From Acetobacteraceae bacterium (lineage in GTDB: Bacteria > Pseudomonadota > Alphaproteobacteria > Acetobacterales > Acetobacteraceae), in assembly GCA_019241425.1 (NCBI GenBank), contig JAFAXA010000243.1:1-51258 (forward strand): a stretch of DNA of 51,258 nucleotides, read 5' to 3'. The position numbers and the translations under genes were made by a program. Below, piece by piece: positions 25,299 to 34,555 of the stretch (within the stretch, counting starts at the first letter, position 1; each line of letters starts with the position of its first letter). The notes under the pieces were generated by a model, which saw only the letters and a list, made by a program, of their open reading frames with translations, made no database searches and was not told where the DNA came from.

Positions 25299-25889
25299 AT
25301 GCAGATCACCGTGTCGGGCAAGCAGGTCGAGATGTCGGACGCGCTCCAGACACGCGTCACGGAGCAACTGGAGGCGATTGCCGGAAAGTATTTCGACCAC
25401 GCGATGGAAGCCCAGGTGACGTTCAGCCGTGCCCGCAGCTTTTTCACCTGCGATATCAACCTGCATGCCGGACGCGGCCTCACCTTGCGCGGCGAAGGCG
25501 AGGCGGCCGACGCGCATGCGGCGTTCGACGACGCCGCCGAGCACATCGCGAAACGGCTGCGCCGCTACCGCAGGCGCGTCAACGAGCACGCCCGCGACCT
25601 CGCCCACCGCGACCGCCCGGAAGCGGCCCGCCAATACGTTCTCCGGCACGAGGAGGACGGAGCGGAACCCTCGGCAAGCGACGGCGCGATGTCGCCGACC
25701 TATGCGACGGTGATCGCGGAGACGGTTGCCGAGATCAGCCGGCTTTCGGTCGGCGAAGCGGTGATGCGCATGGACCTGGCCGCGCAGACGGTGATGATGT
25801 TTCGCAACAGCACAACGGGCGAGCTGAACGTCATCTATCGCCGCGACGACGGCAATATTGGCTGGATCGATCCCGCCCGAAGCGGCTGA
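25299..25889 (+). CDS. hpf: ribosome hibernation promoting factor (long form)
   Basis: MQITVSGKQVEMSDALQTRV start, sigma-54-modulation-protein fold, C-terminal dimerisation domain. Confidence 0.9.
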   Translation: MQITVSGKQVEMSDALQTRVTEQLEAIAGKYFDHAMEAQVTFSRARSFFTCDINLHAGRGLTLRGEGEAADAHAAFDDAAEHIAKRLRRYRRRVNEHARDLAHRDRPEAARQYVLRHEEDGAEPSASDGAMSPTYATVIAETVAEISRLSVGEAVMRMDLAAQTVMMFRNSTTGELNVIYRRDDGNIGWIDPARSG

Positions 25890-25890
25890 C

Positions 25891-25928
25891 CCGGCCGGGC
25901 GCAGCATTCAGCGCCGGCCGGACTTTTC
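25891..25928. terminator. bidirectional intrinsic-type terminator between hpf and the DUF1150 gene
   Basis: CCGGCCGGGCGC-agcattca-GCGCCGGCCGG stem with one bulge, followed by ACTTTTCC. It sits between two convergent stop codons. Confidence 0.5.
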
Positions 25929-26195
25929 CTAATGCAGGGTGGCGGCGACCATTTCGTGGTGCATGATCGCGGCCACCGCGACGTCGTGGCTTTCGGCGAC
26001 CGCCATCGGCGTGCCGTCTGCCGCGTGGATGCCGAACGCCGCCGTGCCGTTCACGATGATCGGCTTCACATAGGCGATCTGCGCCATGCCGAGCTTCGCG
26101 AGCTGCCCGGTGGACAAATGCCGGATGTCGACATGGCCCTCGCTGGCCGGCTCGTCCGCAGCGGCGGCGGTCTTGGTGTTCGCGTCAACGTCCAT
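25929..26195 (-). CDS. DUF1150 family protein
   Basis: LAKLGMAQIAYVKP...IHAADGTPMAV pattern. It sits downstream of hsp20, the usual arrangement in alphaproteobacteria. Confidence 0.72.
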   Translation of the reverse strand: MDVDANTKTAAAADEPASEGHVDIRHLSTGQLAKLGMAQIAYVKPIIVNGTAAFGIHAADGTPMAVAESHDVAVAAIMHHEMVAATLH

Positions 26196-26271
26196 CGTCT
26201 CTTCTCCTGGCAGCGCCGGCCATCGTGAGGCCGCTCTGCCCTCGTCGTTCGGGTCCGCGAGGCGGCCCCCG

Positions 26272-26757
26272 TCAGCCCTGCTCGGTCTCGCTTTCGATCG
26301 TCCGGGCGACCCGGGCGCCGACGCCGTTGCCGTTTCCCGGGCCGTTCGGCGGCGTGCCGATCTGGATGGTCTTGACCCGCACTTCCGGCTGCGGCCGGGC
26401 GAGATCGATATGCAGCAGGCCCTTGTCCAGCCAGGCCGACTTCACCTCGATCCCTTCGGCGAGGATGAAGGCCCGCTGGAACTGTCGCGCCGCGATGCCA
26501 CGATGCAGGAAGATCCGGCCGCCCGTGTCGTCCGCCTGCCGGCCACGGATGACGAGCTGGTTGTCCTCCTGCGTGATCTGGAGGTCCTCCATCGTGAACC
26601 CGGCAACGGCCAGCGTGATGCGCAGGCCGACCGGCCCGGTTTGCTCGATATTGTAGGGAGGATAGCCGTCCGAAGACGTCTTCGACGCCCTCTCGAGCAT
26701 CTGCTCGAGATGGTCGAAGCCCAGGAACAGGGGGGACGTGAATACACGCGTGGTCAA
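26272..26757 (-). CDS. Hsp20/alpha-crystallin small heat-shock protein
   Basis: YPPYNIEQTGPVGLRITLAVAGF...LLHIDL alpha-crystallin domain. TTG start at 26757. Confidence 0.9.
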   Translation of the reverse strand: MTTRVFTSPLFLGFDHLEQMLERASKTSSDGYPPYNIEQTGPVGLRITLAVAGFTMEDLQITQEDNQLVIRGRQADDTGGRIFLHRGIAARQFQRAFILAEGIEVKSAWLDKGLLHIDLARPQPEVRVKTIQIGTPPNGPGNGNGVGARVARTIESETEQG

Positions 26758-26812
26758 GGCGGCCTCCTCCTACGAGCGAAGCGGTACCGGAACCCATCAC
26801 GCGGCATTCCGG
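26758..26812 (-). promoter_or_regulatory. ROSE-like RNA thermometer in the hsp20 5'UTR
   Basis: Two hairpins on the mRNA strand. The first is CCGGAAU..GUUCCGG (26787-26812). The second is GCUUCGCUC-GUAG-GAGGAGGC (26762-26782), where the UCGCU stretch pairs with the Shine-Dalgarno sequence and leaves a single bulged G. Confidence 0.5.
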
Positions 26813-26818
26813 CGACGC

Positions 26819-26849
26819 ATATTTTGGACGAGCGGCTGCCCGTTGCAAG
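26819..26849 (-). promoter_or_regulatory. candidate sigma-32 (RpoH) type promoter for hsp20
   Basis: On the minus strand: CTTGCAA-N15-CCAAAATAT, resembling CTTGAAA-N13-15-CCCCATNT. It would place the transcription start at the base of the first UTR hairpin. Confidence 0.35.
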
Positions 26850-26961
26850 GGCTTGCGCGCCGTTGTGGTGTCTCAATTGAGTTCGGCCCGCCCCGGCTCC
26901 GCAGCCGGCAGGGAGAAAAGAGGTGTCTCGCAACGCTGGACAAACCCGGTGCCGGCGGCTA

Positions 26962-26977
26962 TTGGTAGGTTTACCAA
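26962..26977. promoter_or_regulatory. candidate TetR operator palindrome
   Basis: Perfect inverted repeat TTGGTA-ggtt-TACCAA, 16-31 nt upstream of the TetR GTG start. It is AT-rich relative to its surroundings. Confidence 0.35.
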
Positions 26978-26992
26978 CAAACGGGCCGCCTT

Positions 26993-27583
26993 GTGCAGGA
27001 TCGTCGGCATGACATCGTGGAAGCTGGTCTCGCCACGCTTCGGGAGCACGGCTATACGGGGTTCACCCAACCCCGCATCGCTGCGCGCGTAGGCCTGCGG
27101 CAAAGCCATCTCACCTACTACTACCCGACCCGGCTCGACCTGCTGGAAGCGGTCGGCCGCAGCGCGATGGAGCGTCAACTGGCCGCGGTGGACGTGACGC
27201 TCGGCGGCCACGCGTCGCTGAAGGCGGCGGCGGGCGCAATCGCCGCCGTCATCGTCCGGCACGAGAACACCCGCGTGTTCATGGCGCTCGCCCAGGCGGG
27301 AGACGAGGAGCCGCGGCTGCGCGAGCTGTTCCGTGAACTGGCGGACGGCATCGTCGCCCGGGTGATGCGATTCCTGGGTGGCTTTGGCGCTTCAACCGCT
27401 TCGGAGGAGCCCGCCCGTCTGCTGCACGCCCTGACCGTGGGGCTTGCAGTGGTTGACCTCGCGACCGGACGACCGGACGGGACGCAGCGCGCCGCCGATG
27501 TTCTTGAAACCGCGCTGTCCATGATCGCGGAACGAAATTCCCGTCGCGCCAAGCCGGCGCGTGTTGAAGGAAAACGCCCATGA
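26993..27583 (+). CDS. TetR/AcrR family transcriptional regulator
   Basis: N-terminal HTH (GYTGFTQPRIAARVGLRQSHLTYYYPTRLDLL). Its stop overlaps the monooxygenase start. Confidence 0.86.
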   Translation: MQDRRHDIVEAGLATLREHGYTGFTQPRIAARVGLRQSHLTYYYPTRLDLLEAVGRSAMERQLAAVDVTLGGHASLKAAAGAIAAVIVRHENTRVFMALAQAGDEEPRLRELFRELADGIVARVMRFLGGFGASTASEEPARLLHALTVGLAVVDLATGRPDGTQRAADVLETALSMIAERNSRRAKPARVEGKRP

Positions 27584-29181
27584 CGCACCCTGTCCTGATC
27601 GCCGGCGCCGGACCGGTCGGCATGACGCTCGCCTCGGAACTCGCGCGCTACGGCCTTCCCGTCCGCATCGTGGACAAGGCGGCGGCACGCACGGACAAGT
27701 CCAAGGCCATCATCGTGTGGAGCCGCTCGCTCGAGCTGCTCGACCGGGGCGGACCGGACGGCGCGGCGCCGTTCGTGGCCGCCGGATACAAGGCATCTGC
27801 GGTCAACCTCGTGGCCGGCGGCGGCCCGATCGGCCGCATCGAACTGGGCGACGTGCGCAGCCCACACGCGTACGCCCTGATGCTGCCGCAATCGGAGACG
27901 GAGCGCCTGCTCGAAGAGCGGCTGGCCGGCCAGGGCATCGCGGCCGAGCGCGGGGTGGAGCTTCTATCCTTCACCCATGGCGAGACCGGCGTGGATTCCA
28001 TCCTGCGGCATCCGGACGGGCGAGAGGAGCCGGTGGCCGCGGGGTGGCTGGTCGGCTGCGACGGGGCGCACAGCGCCGCCCGCCACGGCTTGGACGCGCC
28101 CTTCGCCGGCGAAACGCTGGACAGCGACTGGATTCTTGCCGACGTGCACCTCCGGGACTGTCCGGTGCCGCCGCACGAGGCGGCAATCTACTGGCACCGG
28201 GAGGGCGTATTCCTGCTGTTTCCCATCGCGTCCGGGCGTTACCGCCTGCTCGCGGATATCCCGCCCTCCGGTGCCGCGCATCCGCCTGACCCGACCTTGG
28301 AGGAGGTGCAGGCGATCACCGACCGGCGCGGCCCGGCGGGCGTCACCTTGTTCGACCCGATCTGGCTGGCGGGCTTCCGCATCAACGGCCGCAAGGTGGC
28401 CAGCTATCGCCACGGCCGGGTGTTCCTGGCCGGCGACGCTGCGCACATCCACAGCCCCGCCGGCGGACAGGGGATGAACACCGGCATGCAGGATGCGATG
28501 AACCTGGCCTGAAAGCTGGCCCTGGTGGAACGTGGCACCTGCCGGGACAGCCTGCTCGACAGCTACAGCCCGGAGCGGAGCCATGTGGGCGATCAGGTGC
28601 TGAAGGGCGCCGAACGTCTGACAAAGGTCGCCACGCTCAAGAACCCGGTGGCGCAGCGCCTGCGCAACCTGGTCGGCCAAGTGATGCTCGGCCTGCCGCA
28701 CGTGGCTCACGCGGTGGCCGACACCATGAGCGAGACCACGATCGGCTACCCACACACCCCGCTGAACGGGCCCGCCCTCCATGGCGGACCACAGCCTGGC
28801 GAGCGCGTCGCTCCCGTCGCGGGACAGCGGCCGGCTGGCGCGGGGGACAGGCCGCTGTTTGCCCTGTTCGCGACGCAAGGGGAGGAGACCGCGGAGCTGC
28901 TGCGCCGCTTCCCCGACCTGCTCGACCCGGAGGTCCGGCCGGCGCTGCAACCGGGCGCCATCTGGCTGGTGCGCCCGGACGGCTATGCCGCCATGGCTGC
29001 CACTCAGTCCCGCTGGCGCGAAATTGCCGGCTATCTCGGAAACCTGCGTGCCGATGCGCGCCCGGACATGGAAAAGCTGCCGCCCGAAGGGACCGCCGAC
29101 GATCCCCACGGGCGATCTGCAGGTGCGCTTCCTAACGCAACTCGGACCAGAGACGGGGCAGCCTCCACGTGTTCGACATGA
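27580..29181 (+). pseudogene. FAD-dependent aromatic-ring monooxygenase (PheA/TfdB-like) interrupted by an in-frame TGA at 28510-28512
   Basis: GAGPVGMTLA dinucleotide fold and GDAAHIHSPAGGQGMNTGMQDAMNLA, then a stop, then KLALVERG continuing in the same frame (both ORFs start at coordinate mod 3 = 1). The stop sits where the conserved Trp of DAxNLxWKL is expected. Confidence 0.8.
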
Positions 29182-29375
29182 CGGTGCGGGCGGAGGGGCA
29201 CATGCCAGGCCCCAACTGTCACGACCCCTGAGATGAAACGTTTTACGGTCTGACCGGGACCAGAGACGCGCCGATCGGGCCGGCGCAGACTGGGTTCATC
29301 CGATGGGTTGGACGTCAGTCTGAGACATTGGGGGCGCCGTTGATACAAGGCGGCCTGCAAGCTACATGCCGGAGG

Positions 29376-29927
29376 ATGCCCGCCGGTCTCCCCGAACGCC
29401 TGCCGATCCTCATTGCACCCTCGCCGCTGCTGAAGGCGCGCGCCCGCGCGGTGGCGGCCGGGGACGAGGCGACCGTGCGCGATCTGCTGCCCCGGATGTT
29501 CGCGACCATGTACGACGCGCCGGGTATCGGGCTGGCGGCACCGCAGGTTGGGACGGGTTTGCGGGTCGCGGTGGTCGATCTGATGCCGGACAATGTGCAA
29601 ACGCCCCTCACCCTGATCAATCCGGAGATCGTCGCGCTCAGCGAGGAGATGGCGACGCGGGAAGAAGGCTGCCTGTCGCTGCCGAACATGTATGCGGAGG
29701 TGACGCGGCCGGCGCGCGCCAAGGTGCGCTTTCTCGACGAGACGGGCGCCCGGCGGGAGATCGAGGCGGACGGGCTGCTCGCCGCCTGCCTGCAACACGA
29801 ACTGGACCATTTGGACGGGGTGCTGTTTGTGGATCACCTGTCGAGCCTGAAGCGCAACATGATCCTGCGGCGGCTCGCCAAAGAGACACGTCAAAAGCAG
29901 GACGCGCCGGCGCGCCGCTTCGCCTGA
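29376..29927 (+). CDS. def: peptide deformylase
   Basis: [15 protein letters not shown] and HELDHL motifs. The start codon choice is uncertain (ATG 29376 or TTG 29328). Confidence 0.9.
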   Translation: MPAGLPERLPILIAPSPLLKARARAVAAGDEATVRDLLPRMFATMYDAPGIGLAAPQVGTGLRVAVVDLMPDNVQTPLTLINPEIVALSEEMATREEGCLSLPNMYAEVTRPARAKVRFLDETGARREIEADGLLAACLQHELDHLDGVLFVDHLSSLKRNMILRRLAKETRQKQDAPARRFA

Positions 29928-29928
29928 G

Positions 29929-30834
29929 ATGCGCCTCGCATTCATGGGAACGCCGCACTTCGCGGTGCCGACCCTGCAAGCGCTCCATGCGGCCGGCCAT
30001 GAGATTGCCGCCGTCTACTGCCAGCGTCCCCGTCCGGCCGGGCGCGGCCACGCCGTCCGCCGCTGCCCCGTGCACCGCGCCGCCGCCGCGCTCGGCTTGC
30101 CGGTCCGCACCCCCGAGCGGCTGCGGCGGAACGAGGCGGAGGCGGCGCATTTCGCGGCGCTCGATCTCGACGCGGCGGTGGTTGCGGCATACGGCTTGCT
30201 GCTGCCGCGGGCGATGCTGACCGCGCCCCGGCACAGCTGCGTGAACGTCCACGCGAGCCTGCTGCCACGCTGGCGCGGCGCGGCTCCGATCCAGGCGGCG
30301 ATCCTGGCCGGGGACAGCGAAAGCGGCGTCACCATCATGCGAATGGAGGAAGGGCTCGACACCGGCCCGATGCTGCTGGCGGGGGCGGTGCCGATCACCG
30401 CCCGGATGACGGCGGCCGAGCTGCACGACGCGCTGGCGCCGCTCGGCGCGACGCTCGCGGTGCAAGCCCTGGCCGAGACCCCGCCGCCCCGCCCGCAGCC
30501 GCAAGCGGGCGTCACCTACGCGCCGAAACTGACCCGCGCCGCGGGCAGGATCGAGTGGGAAAACAGCGCGGACGCGATCGATCGCCAGATCCGCGCCCTC
30601 AATCCGTGGCCCGGGACGGACACGGTGCTCGGGGGAGAGACGCTGAAGGTGCTGGCGGCGATGCCGGTGGCGGGCGAAGGCGCGCCCGGAACGGTGCTCG
30701 ATGCGGCGTTCACCGTCGCCTGCGCCAGCGGCGCGCTCCGGTTGCTGCACGTGCAGCGGCCCGGCCGCAGCGCACTCGACGCCGCCGCTTTTTTGCGCGG
30801 GCACCCGGTTCCTCCCGGCACCCGCCTCGGCTGA
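29929..30834 (+). CDS. fmt: methionyl-tRNA formyltransferase
   Basis: [27 protein letters not shown] and a C-terminal tRNA-binding domain. Confidence 0.94.
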   Translation: MRLAFMGTPHFAVPTLQALHAAGHEIAAVYCQRPRPAGRGHAVRRCPVHRAAAALGLPVRTPERLRRNEAEAAHFAALDLDAAVVAAYGLLLPRAMLTAPRHSCVNVHASLLPRWRGAAPIQAAILAGDSESGVTIMRMEEGLDTGPMLLAGAVPITARMTAAELHDALAPLGATLAVQALAETPPPRPQPQAGVTYAPKLTRAAGRIEWENSADAIDRQIRALNPWPGTDTVLGGETLKVLAAMPVAGEGAPGTVLDAAFTVACASGALRLLHVQRPGRSALDAAAFLRGHPVPPGTRLG

Positions 30835-30835
30835 C

Positions 30836-31612
30836 ATGCTCTGGGCGTTGCTGCTGGAATATGACGGCGGCCCGTTCGCCGGCTGGCAGCGGCAAACCAA
30901 CGGCCTTTCGGTGCAGGAAGTGCTGGAAAGCGCGGCGGCGCGGCTGAATGGCGGCCAGCCCTGCCCGACGGTCGTCGCCGGACGCACCGATGCCGGCGTT
31001 CACGCGGCCGGGCAGGTCGCGCAGATCGCGCTGCCGGACCGGCTGGATGCGTTGCGGATCCGCGACGCGCTCAACTTTCATCTCAAGCCGCATCCCGTCG
31101 TCGTGCTGGACGCTTCGCCGGCACCTGAAGGCTGGAACGCGCGGTTCAGCGCGACCGGCCGCGCCTATCGCTACCGCATCTTGAACCGGCGGGCGCGGCC
31201 TGCCCTCGCCTGCGGACGGGTGTGGCATGTTCCGCATCCGCTCGACGCCCAGGCCATGCACGCGGCGGCGCAGACATTGCTGGGGCGGCACGACTTCACG
31301 TCGTTCAGGGCGGCCGGATGCCAGGCGAGCGGCCCGCTCCGCACGCTCGACCGGCTCGCCGTGACCCGGGACGGCGCGCTGGTGGAGATCACCGCCGAGG
31401 CGCGCAGCTTCCTGCACCATCAGGTGCGCAACATTGCCGGGACATTGAAGCTGGTCGGGGAAGGCGCTTGGCCGGTCGCGCGCGTCGCGTCCGCCCTGCA
31501 AGCGCGCGACCGCGCGGCGGCCGGACCCACGGCGCCGCCGGAAGGTCTGTGCCTGGAGGCGGTGCGCTACCCGGCGCCGCTTTTCCCGTGCATGGGAGCC
31601 TCTGCGTGCTGA
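30836..31612 (+). CDS. truA: tRNA pseudouridine(38-40) synthase
   Basis: LEYDGGPFAGWQRQ and catalytic GRTDAGVHA. Start at MLWALLLEY (30836). Confidence 0.9.
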   Translation: MLWALLLEYDGGPFAGWQRQTNGLSVQEVLESAAARLNGGQPCPTVVAGRTDAGVHAAGQVAQIALPDRLDALRIRDALNFHLKPHPVVVLDASPAPEGWNARFSATGRAYRYRILNRRARPALACGRVWHVPHPLDAQAMHAAAQTLLGRHDFTSFRAAGCQASGPLRTLDRLAVTRDGALVEITAEARSFLHHQVRNIAGTLKLVGEGAWPVARVASALQARDRAAAGPTAPPEGLCLEAVRYPAPLFPCMGASAC

Positions 31613-31674
31613 ACCGGCGGCGGCTAACGGCGCAGTAACTTGCGGCTTTCCCTTTTGTGGGTCATGTGCGGCGG

Positions 31675-31953
31675 ATGAGCGAGGCCGAGCGGATCGAAGC
31701 GGCGATCCTGCGCTTAAGCGGCGAGCGCGGCGAAGGGAAGTCGGTTTGTCCGAGCGAGGTCGCGCGCGCGCTCCGAACCGATTGGCGGCCGCTGATGTCG
31801 GACGTGCGGCTTGCCGCACTCCGGCTCGCGCGCGCCGGGCGGATCGACATTCTTCGCCACGGCAAGCCGGTGCAGCCGGATGCGGTGCGCGGCGTCATTC
31901 GCCTGCGCATTCGCCCCGTCCGTGCCTCACCAACTGAAACCATCGAAAGCTGA
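31675..31953 (+). CDS. DUF3253 domain protein
   Basis: CPSEVARAL...WRPLM..VR.AA.RLA..GRI...GKPV......GVIRLR pattern. Confidence 0.62.
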   Translation: MSEAERIEAAILRLSGERGEGKSVCPSEVARALRTDWRPLMSDVRLAALRLARAGRIDILRHGKPVQPDAVRGVIRLRIRPVRASPTETIES

Positions 31954-31958
31954 CAACG

Positions 31959-33743
31959 ATGCGCGGACTGGGCCCGTTCCTCCGAGACGCCTGGCGTTTG
32001 GCGCGGCCGTATTTCTGGTCGGAAGAAAAATGGTCCGCGCGGGTGTTGCTGTTCTCGATCGTTGGGATGAACCTGTTCATCGTCGCCATGAGCGTCGTGC
32101 TGAGCTTCTGGAACCGCGAGTTCTACAATTCGCTGCAGGCGAAGGATTGGAACGCCTTCGTTTCCCTGCTGTTCTGGTATCAGCGGACGGAGAGCGGGCT
32201 CATGCCGGGTTTCTGCTGGGTGGCCGCGCTCTACATCATCGTCGCGGTGTACCGCACCTACCTGAATCAATGGCTGCAGATTCGCTGGCGGCGATGGCTG
32301 ACCGGGCGTTTTCTCGATGAATGGCTGCGCGACCGCGCCTATTACCGGATCAGCCTCACCACCGACACCGCCGCAATCGGCACCGACAACCCCGACCAGC
32401 GCATCGCCGAGGATTTGCGGGACTTCGTCGACGGCACGCTGACGCTCGGCCTCGGCCTGCTGTCGAACGTCGTTTCGTTGTTCAGCTTCGTCGGCATCCT
32501 ATGGGGCTTGTCCGGCCCGCTCACGCTGTGGGGCGTGACGATCCCCGGCTACATGGTGTGGGTGGCGGTGCTCTATGCCGGCATCGGCACGGCGCTCACG
32601 CATCTGATCGGGCGCCAGTTGGTTCCGCTCAATTTCCGCAAGCAGCGGGTCGAAGCGGATTTCCGCTACGCGCTGGTTCGCCTGCGGGAAAACATGGAGG
32701 GCATGGCGCTTTACGGCGGCGAAGCCGAAGAGCAGGGCAACCTCGCCCAGCGTTTCACCAACGTGGTCGGCAATTGGTGGGCGATCATGCGGCGGACGAA
32801 GCTCTTGAATTCGCTGATCGCGGGCTATGAACAGGTCGCGGTCGTGTTCCCGATCATCGTCGCGGCGCCGCGCTACTTCGCCGGGCAATTGCAACTCGGC
32901 GGCTTGACGCAAACGGCGGGTGCATTCGGCCGCGTGCAGGATTCGTTGTCGTGGTTCGTGACGGCTTACGCGACGCTCGCGGAATGGCGGGCGACGGTTG
33001 AGCGGTTGGCGACATTCCGGCGCGCGATCGCCGCCGCGCATGAAGCGGCCGGCACCGGCTTCGACGTTCGGGACAGCGGCACGGAGGCGATCACGCTCGG
33101 CGATCTCACGCTCGCTTTGCCGAATGGCGAGACGCTGCTGCGGGACGCCGACATCACATTTCGCCGCGGTGAATCGACCGTGATCACCGGCCGCTCCGGT
33201 TCCGGCAAGTCGACGTTGTTTCGCGCGGTCGCCGGCATCTGGCCGTTCGGCAGCGGGCGCGTGGAACGGCCGGCCGGGCGCTGCCTGTTCATGCCGCAGC
33301 GCCCCTATATCCCGCTCGGCACGTTGCGGCACGTCGTCACCTATCCGGGGGCGGCCGCGGCGTTTTCGCAAGCGGCGGTGGAGCAGGCGTTGGACGATGC
33401 CGGGCTGAGCGCGCTGGTGCCGCATCTCGACGAGGACCAGAACTGGCCGCAACGCCTATCCGGCGGCGAGCAGCAGCGGGTCGCCCTCGCCCGCGCGCTG
33501 CTGGCGAAGCCCGACTGGTTATTTCTGGACGAGGCGACCGCGAGCCTCGACCCGGACTCCGAGGCGCATCTGTACGAAGCGCTGCGCCGCCGCTTGCCCG
33601 ACACCACGATCGTCTCGATCGCGCATCGCCCGACGGTTGCCGCCTTTCACGAGCGGCGGCTCGTGTTCCAGCGCCCGCAGGACGGTCCGGGACGGCTCTC
33701 GGTCGCAGCCGCCCCGGTTGCCGCCGAGGCCGCCGGATCCTGA
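31959..33743 (+). CDS. SbmA/BacA-like permease fused to an ABC ATPase (YddA-type)
   Basis: N-terminal SbmA_BacA-like TM domain (NREFYNSLQAKDW, NPDQRIAEDL). C-terminal Walker A GRSGSGKST, signature LSGGEQQR, Walker B LFLDEAT. Confidence 0.85.
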   Translation: MRGLGPFLRDAWRLARPYFWSEEKWSARVLLFSIVGMNLFIVAMSVVLSFWNREFYNSLQAKDWNAFVSLLFWYQRTESGLMPGFCWVAALYIIVAVYRTYLNQWLQIRWRRWLTGRFLDEWLRDRAYYRISLTTDTAAIGTDNPDQRIAEDLRDFVDGTLTLGLGLLSNVVSLFSFVGILWGLSGPLTLWGVTIPGYMVWVAVLYAGIGTALTHLIGRQLVPLNFRKQRVEADFRYALVRLRENMEGMALYGGEAEEQGNLAQRFTNVVGNWWAIMRRTKLLNSLIAGYEQVAVVFPIIVAAPRYFAGQLQLGGLTQTAGAFGRVQDSLSWFVTAYATLAEWRATVERLATFRRAIAAAHEAAGTGFDVRDSGTEAITLGDLTLALPNGETLLRDADITFRRGESTVITGRSGSGKSTLFRAVAGIWPFGSGRVERPAGRCLFMPQRPYIPLGTLRHVVTYPGAAAAFSQAAVEQALDDAGLSALVPHLDEDQNWPQRLSGGEQQRVALARALLAKPDWLFLDEATASLDPDSEAHLYEALRRRLPDTTIVSIAHRPTVAAFHERRLVFQRPQDGPGRLSVAAAPVAAEAAGS

Positions 33744-33766
33744 CCGCCAAGGGCGCGCGCGGCGCG

Positions 33767-34555
33767 TCAAAAATGGAGGTCGTATTCGATCTGCCAACGC
33801 GGGGTGAACCGGGGCTGCGCGCGGCTGAGACCGACCAGAAAACCCGCGTTCCACTCCAGGGCGCCGGCCCCGATACGTGACAGCTCACCGAATAGTTGCG
33901 GGCCGATACGATTGTCCTGCTGTTTCCAACGGCCGAGTTCACCGACCGTCCCCGGCTCGCTGTAGTATTGGACGCCGGGCTCGACGCTGAAATGCTCGCC
34001 GAACGATACTTGCCACGCATCGACCCGTGTTTCCCATGCCCACAGGAAGCGCGGGCTTCCTGAGGAAAACCGGCCGAGGTCCTTTTCCACCAGCAGATTG
34101 ACGGTGTTGGTGAGACCCCAGAAGGCCTTGCGAAGCAGGGGACCGAGCGTCGTCTCGTTGGGATGGCCGCGCAGCAACGTTTGACCGTATTCCGCGAACA
34201 GGCCGATATCGGCCCAAGCGTCGCCGGACTCGGTGAGCACGAAGATGTTCTCCGTCGTGATCTGCGTGAAGCGGGTTCCCATGCCGGGACCGGGCTGCCG
34301 CTCCCACAACAACTCCAGCTCGGTTTGCCACCAGGGCGTGACGCCCCATTGCACCTCGAAGGTGGCGCTGCGCTCGCCATTCCTCGCCGGATCGGAATCA
34401 AACCCGGCGGACCCTACCGTTTCGATCGCCCATTCGCCCACATTCACGTCCGGGCTCCGGATCTTGAAATCCGCTCGCGCCGCCGTACCGCTCGCGAGAA
34501 TCGCCGTCAGGGCACCGACGATCCGCACGAGGCCGCCCACCCATCCGTTTCTCAC
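33767..34555 (-). CDS. putative outer-membrane beta-barrel protein
   Basis: GTG start at 34555 gives signal peptide (M)RNGWVGGLVRIVGALTAILASGTAARA. The sequence has alternating hydrophobic/aromatic beta-strand periodicity and a C-terminal YDLHF. No specific family recognised. Confidence 0.58.
   Translation of the reverse strand: MRNGWVGGLVRIVGALTAILASGTAARADFKIRSPDVNVGEWAIETVGSAGFDSDPARNGERSATFEVQWGVTPWWQTELELLWERQPGPGMGTRFTQITTENIFVLTESGDAWADIGLFAEYGQTLLRGHPNETTLGPLLRKAFWGLTNTVNLLVEKDLGRFSSGSPRFLWAWETRVDAWQVSFGEHFSVEPGVQYYSEPGTVGELGRWKQQDNRIGPQLFGELSRIGAGALEWNAGFLVGLSRAQPRFTPRWQIEYDLHF

Noticed and set aside
28510-28512. UGA reassigned to Trp genome-wide, as in some reduced alphaproteobacterial symbionts
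   Set aside because: TGA clearly terminates many well-defined genes in this window (yidC, yidD, rnpA, rpmH, gltD, recQ, hpf, the cytochrome c gene and others). A global recoding is therefore excluded. Only local read-through, mutation or a sequencing error remain.
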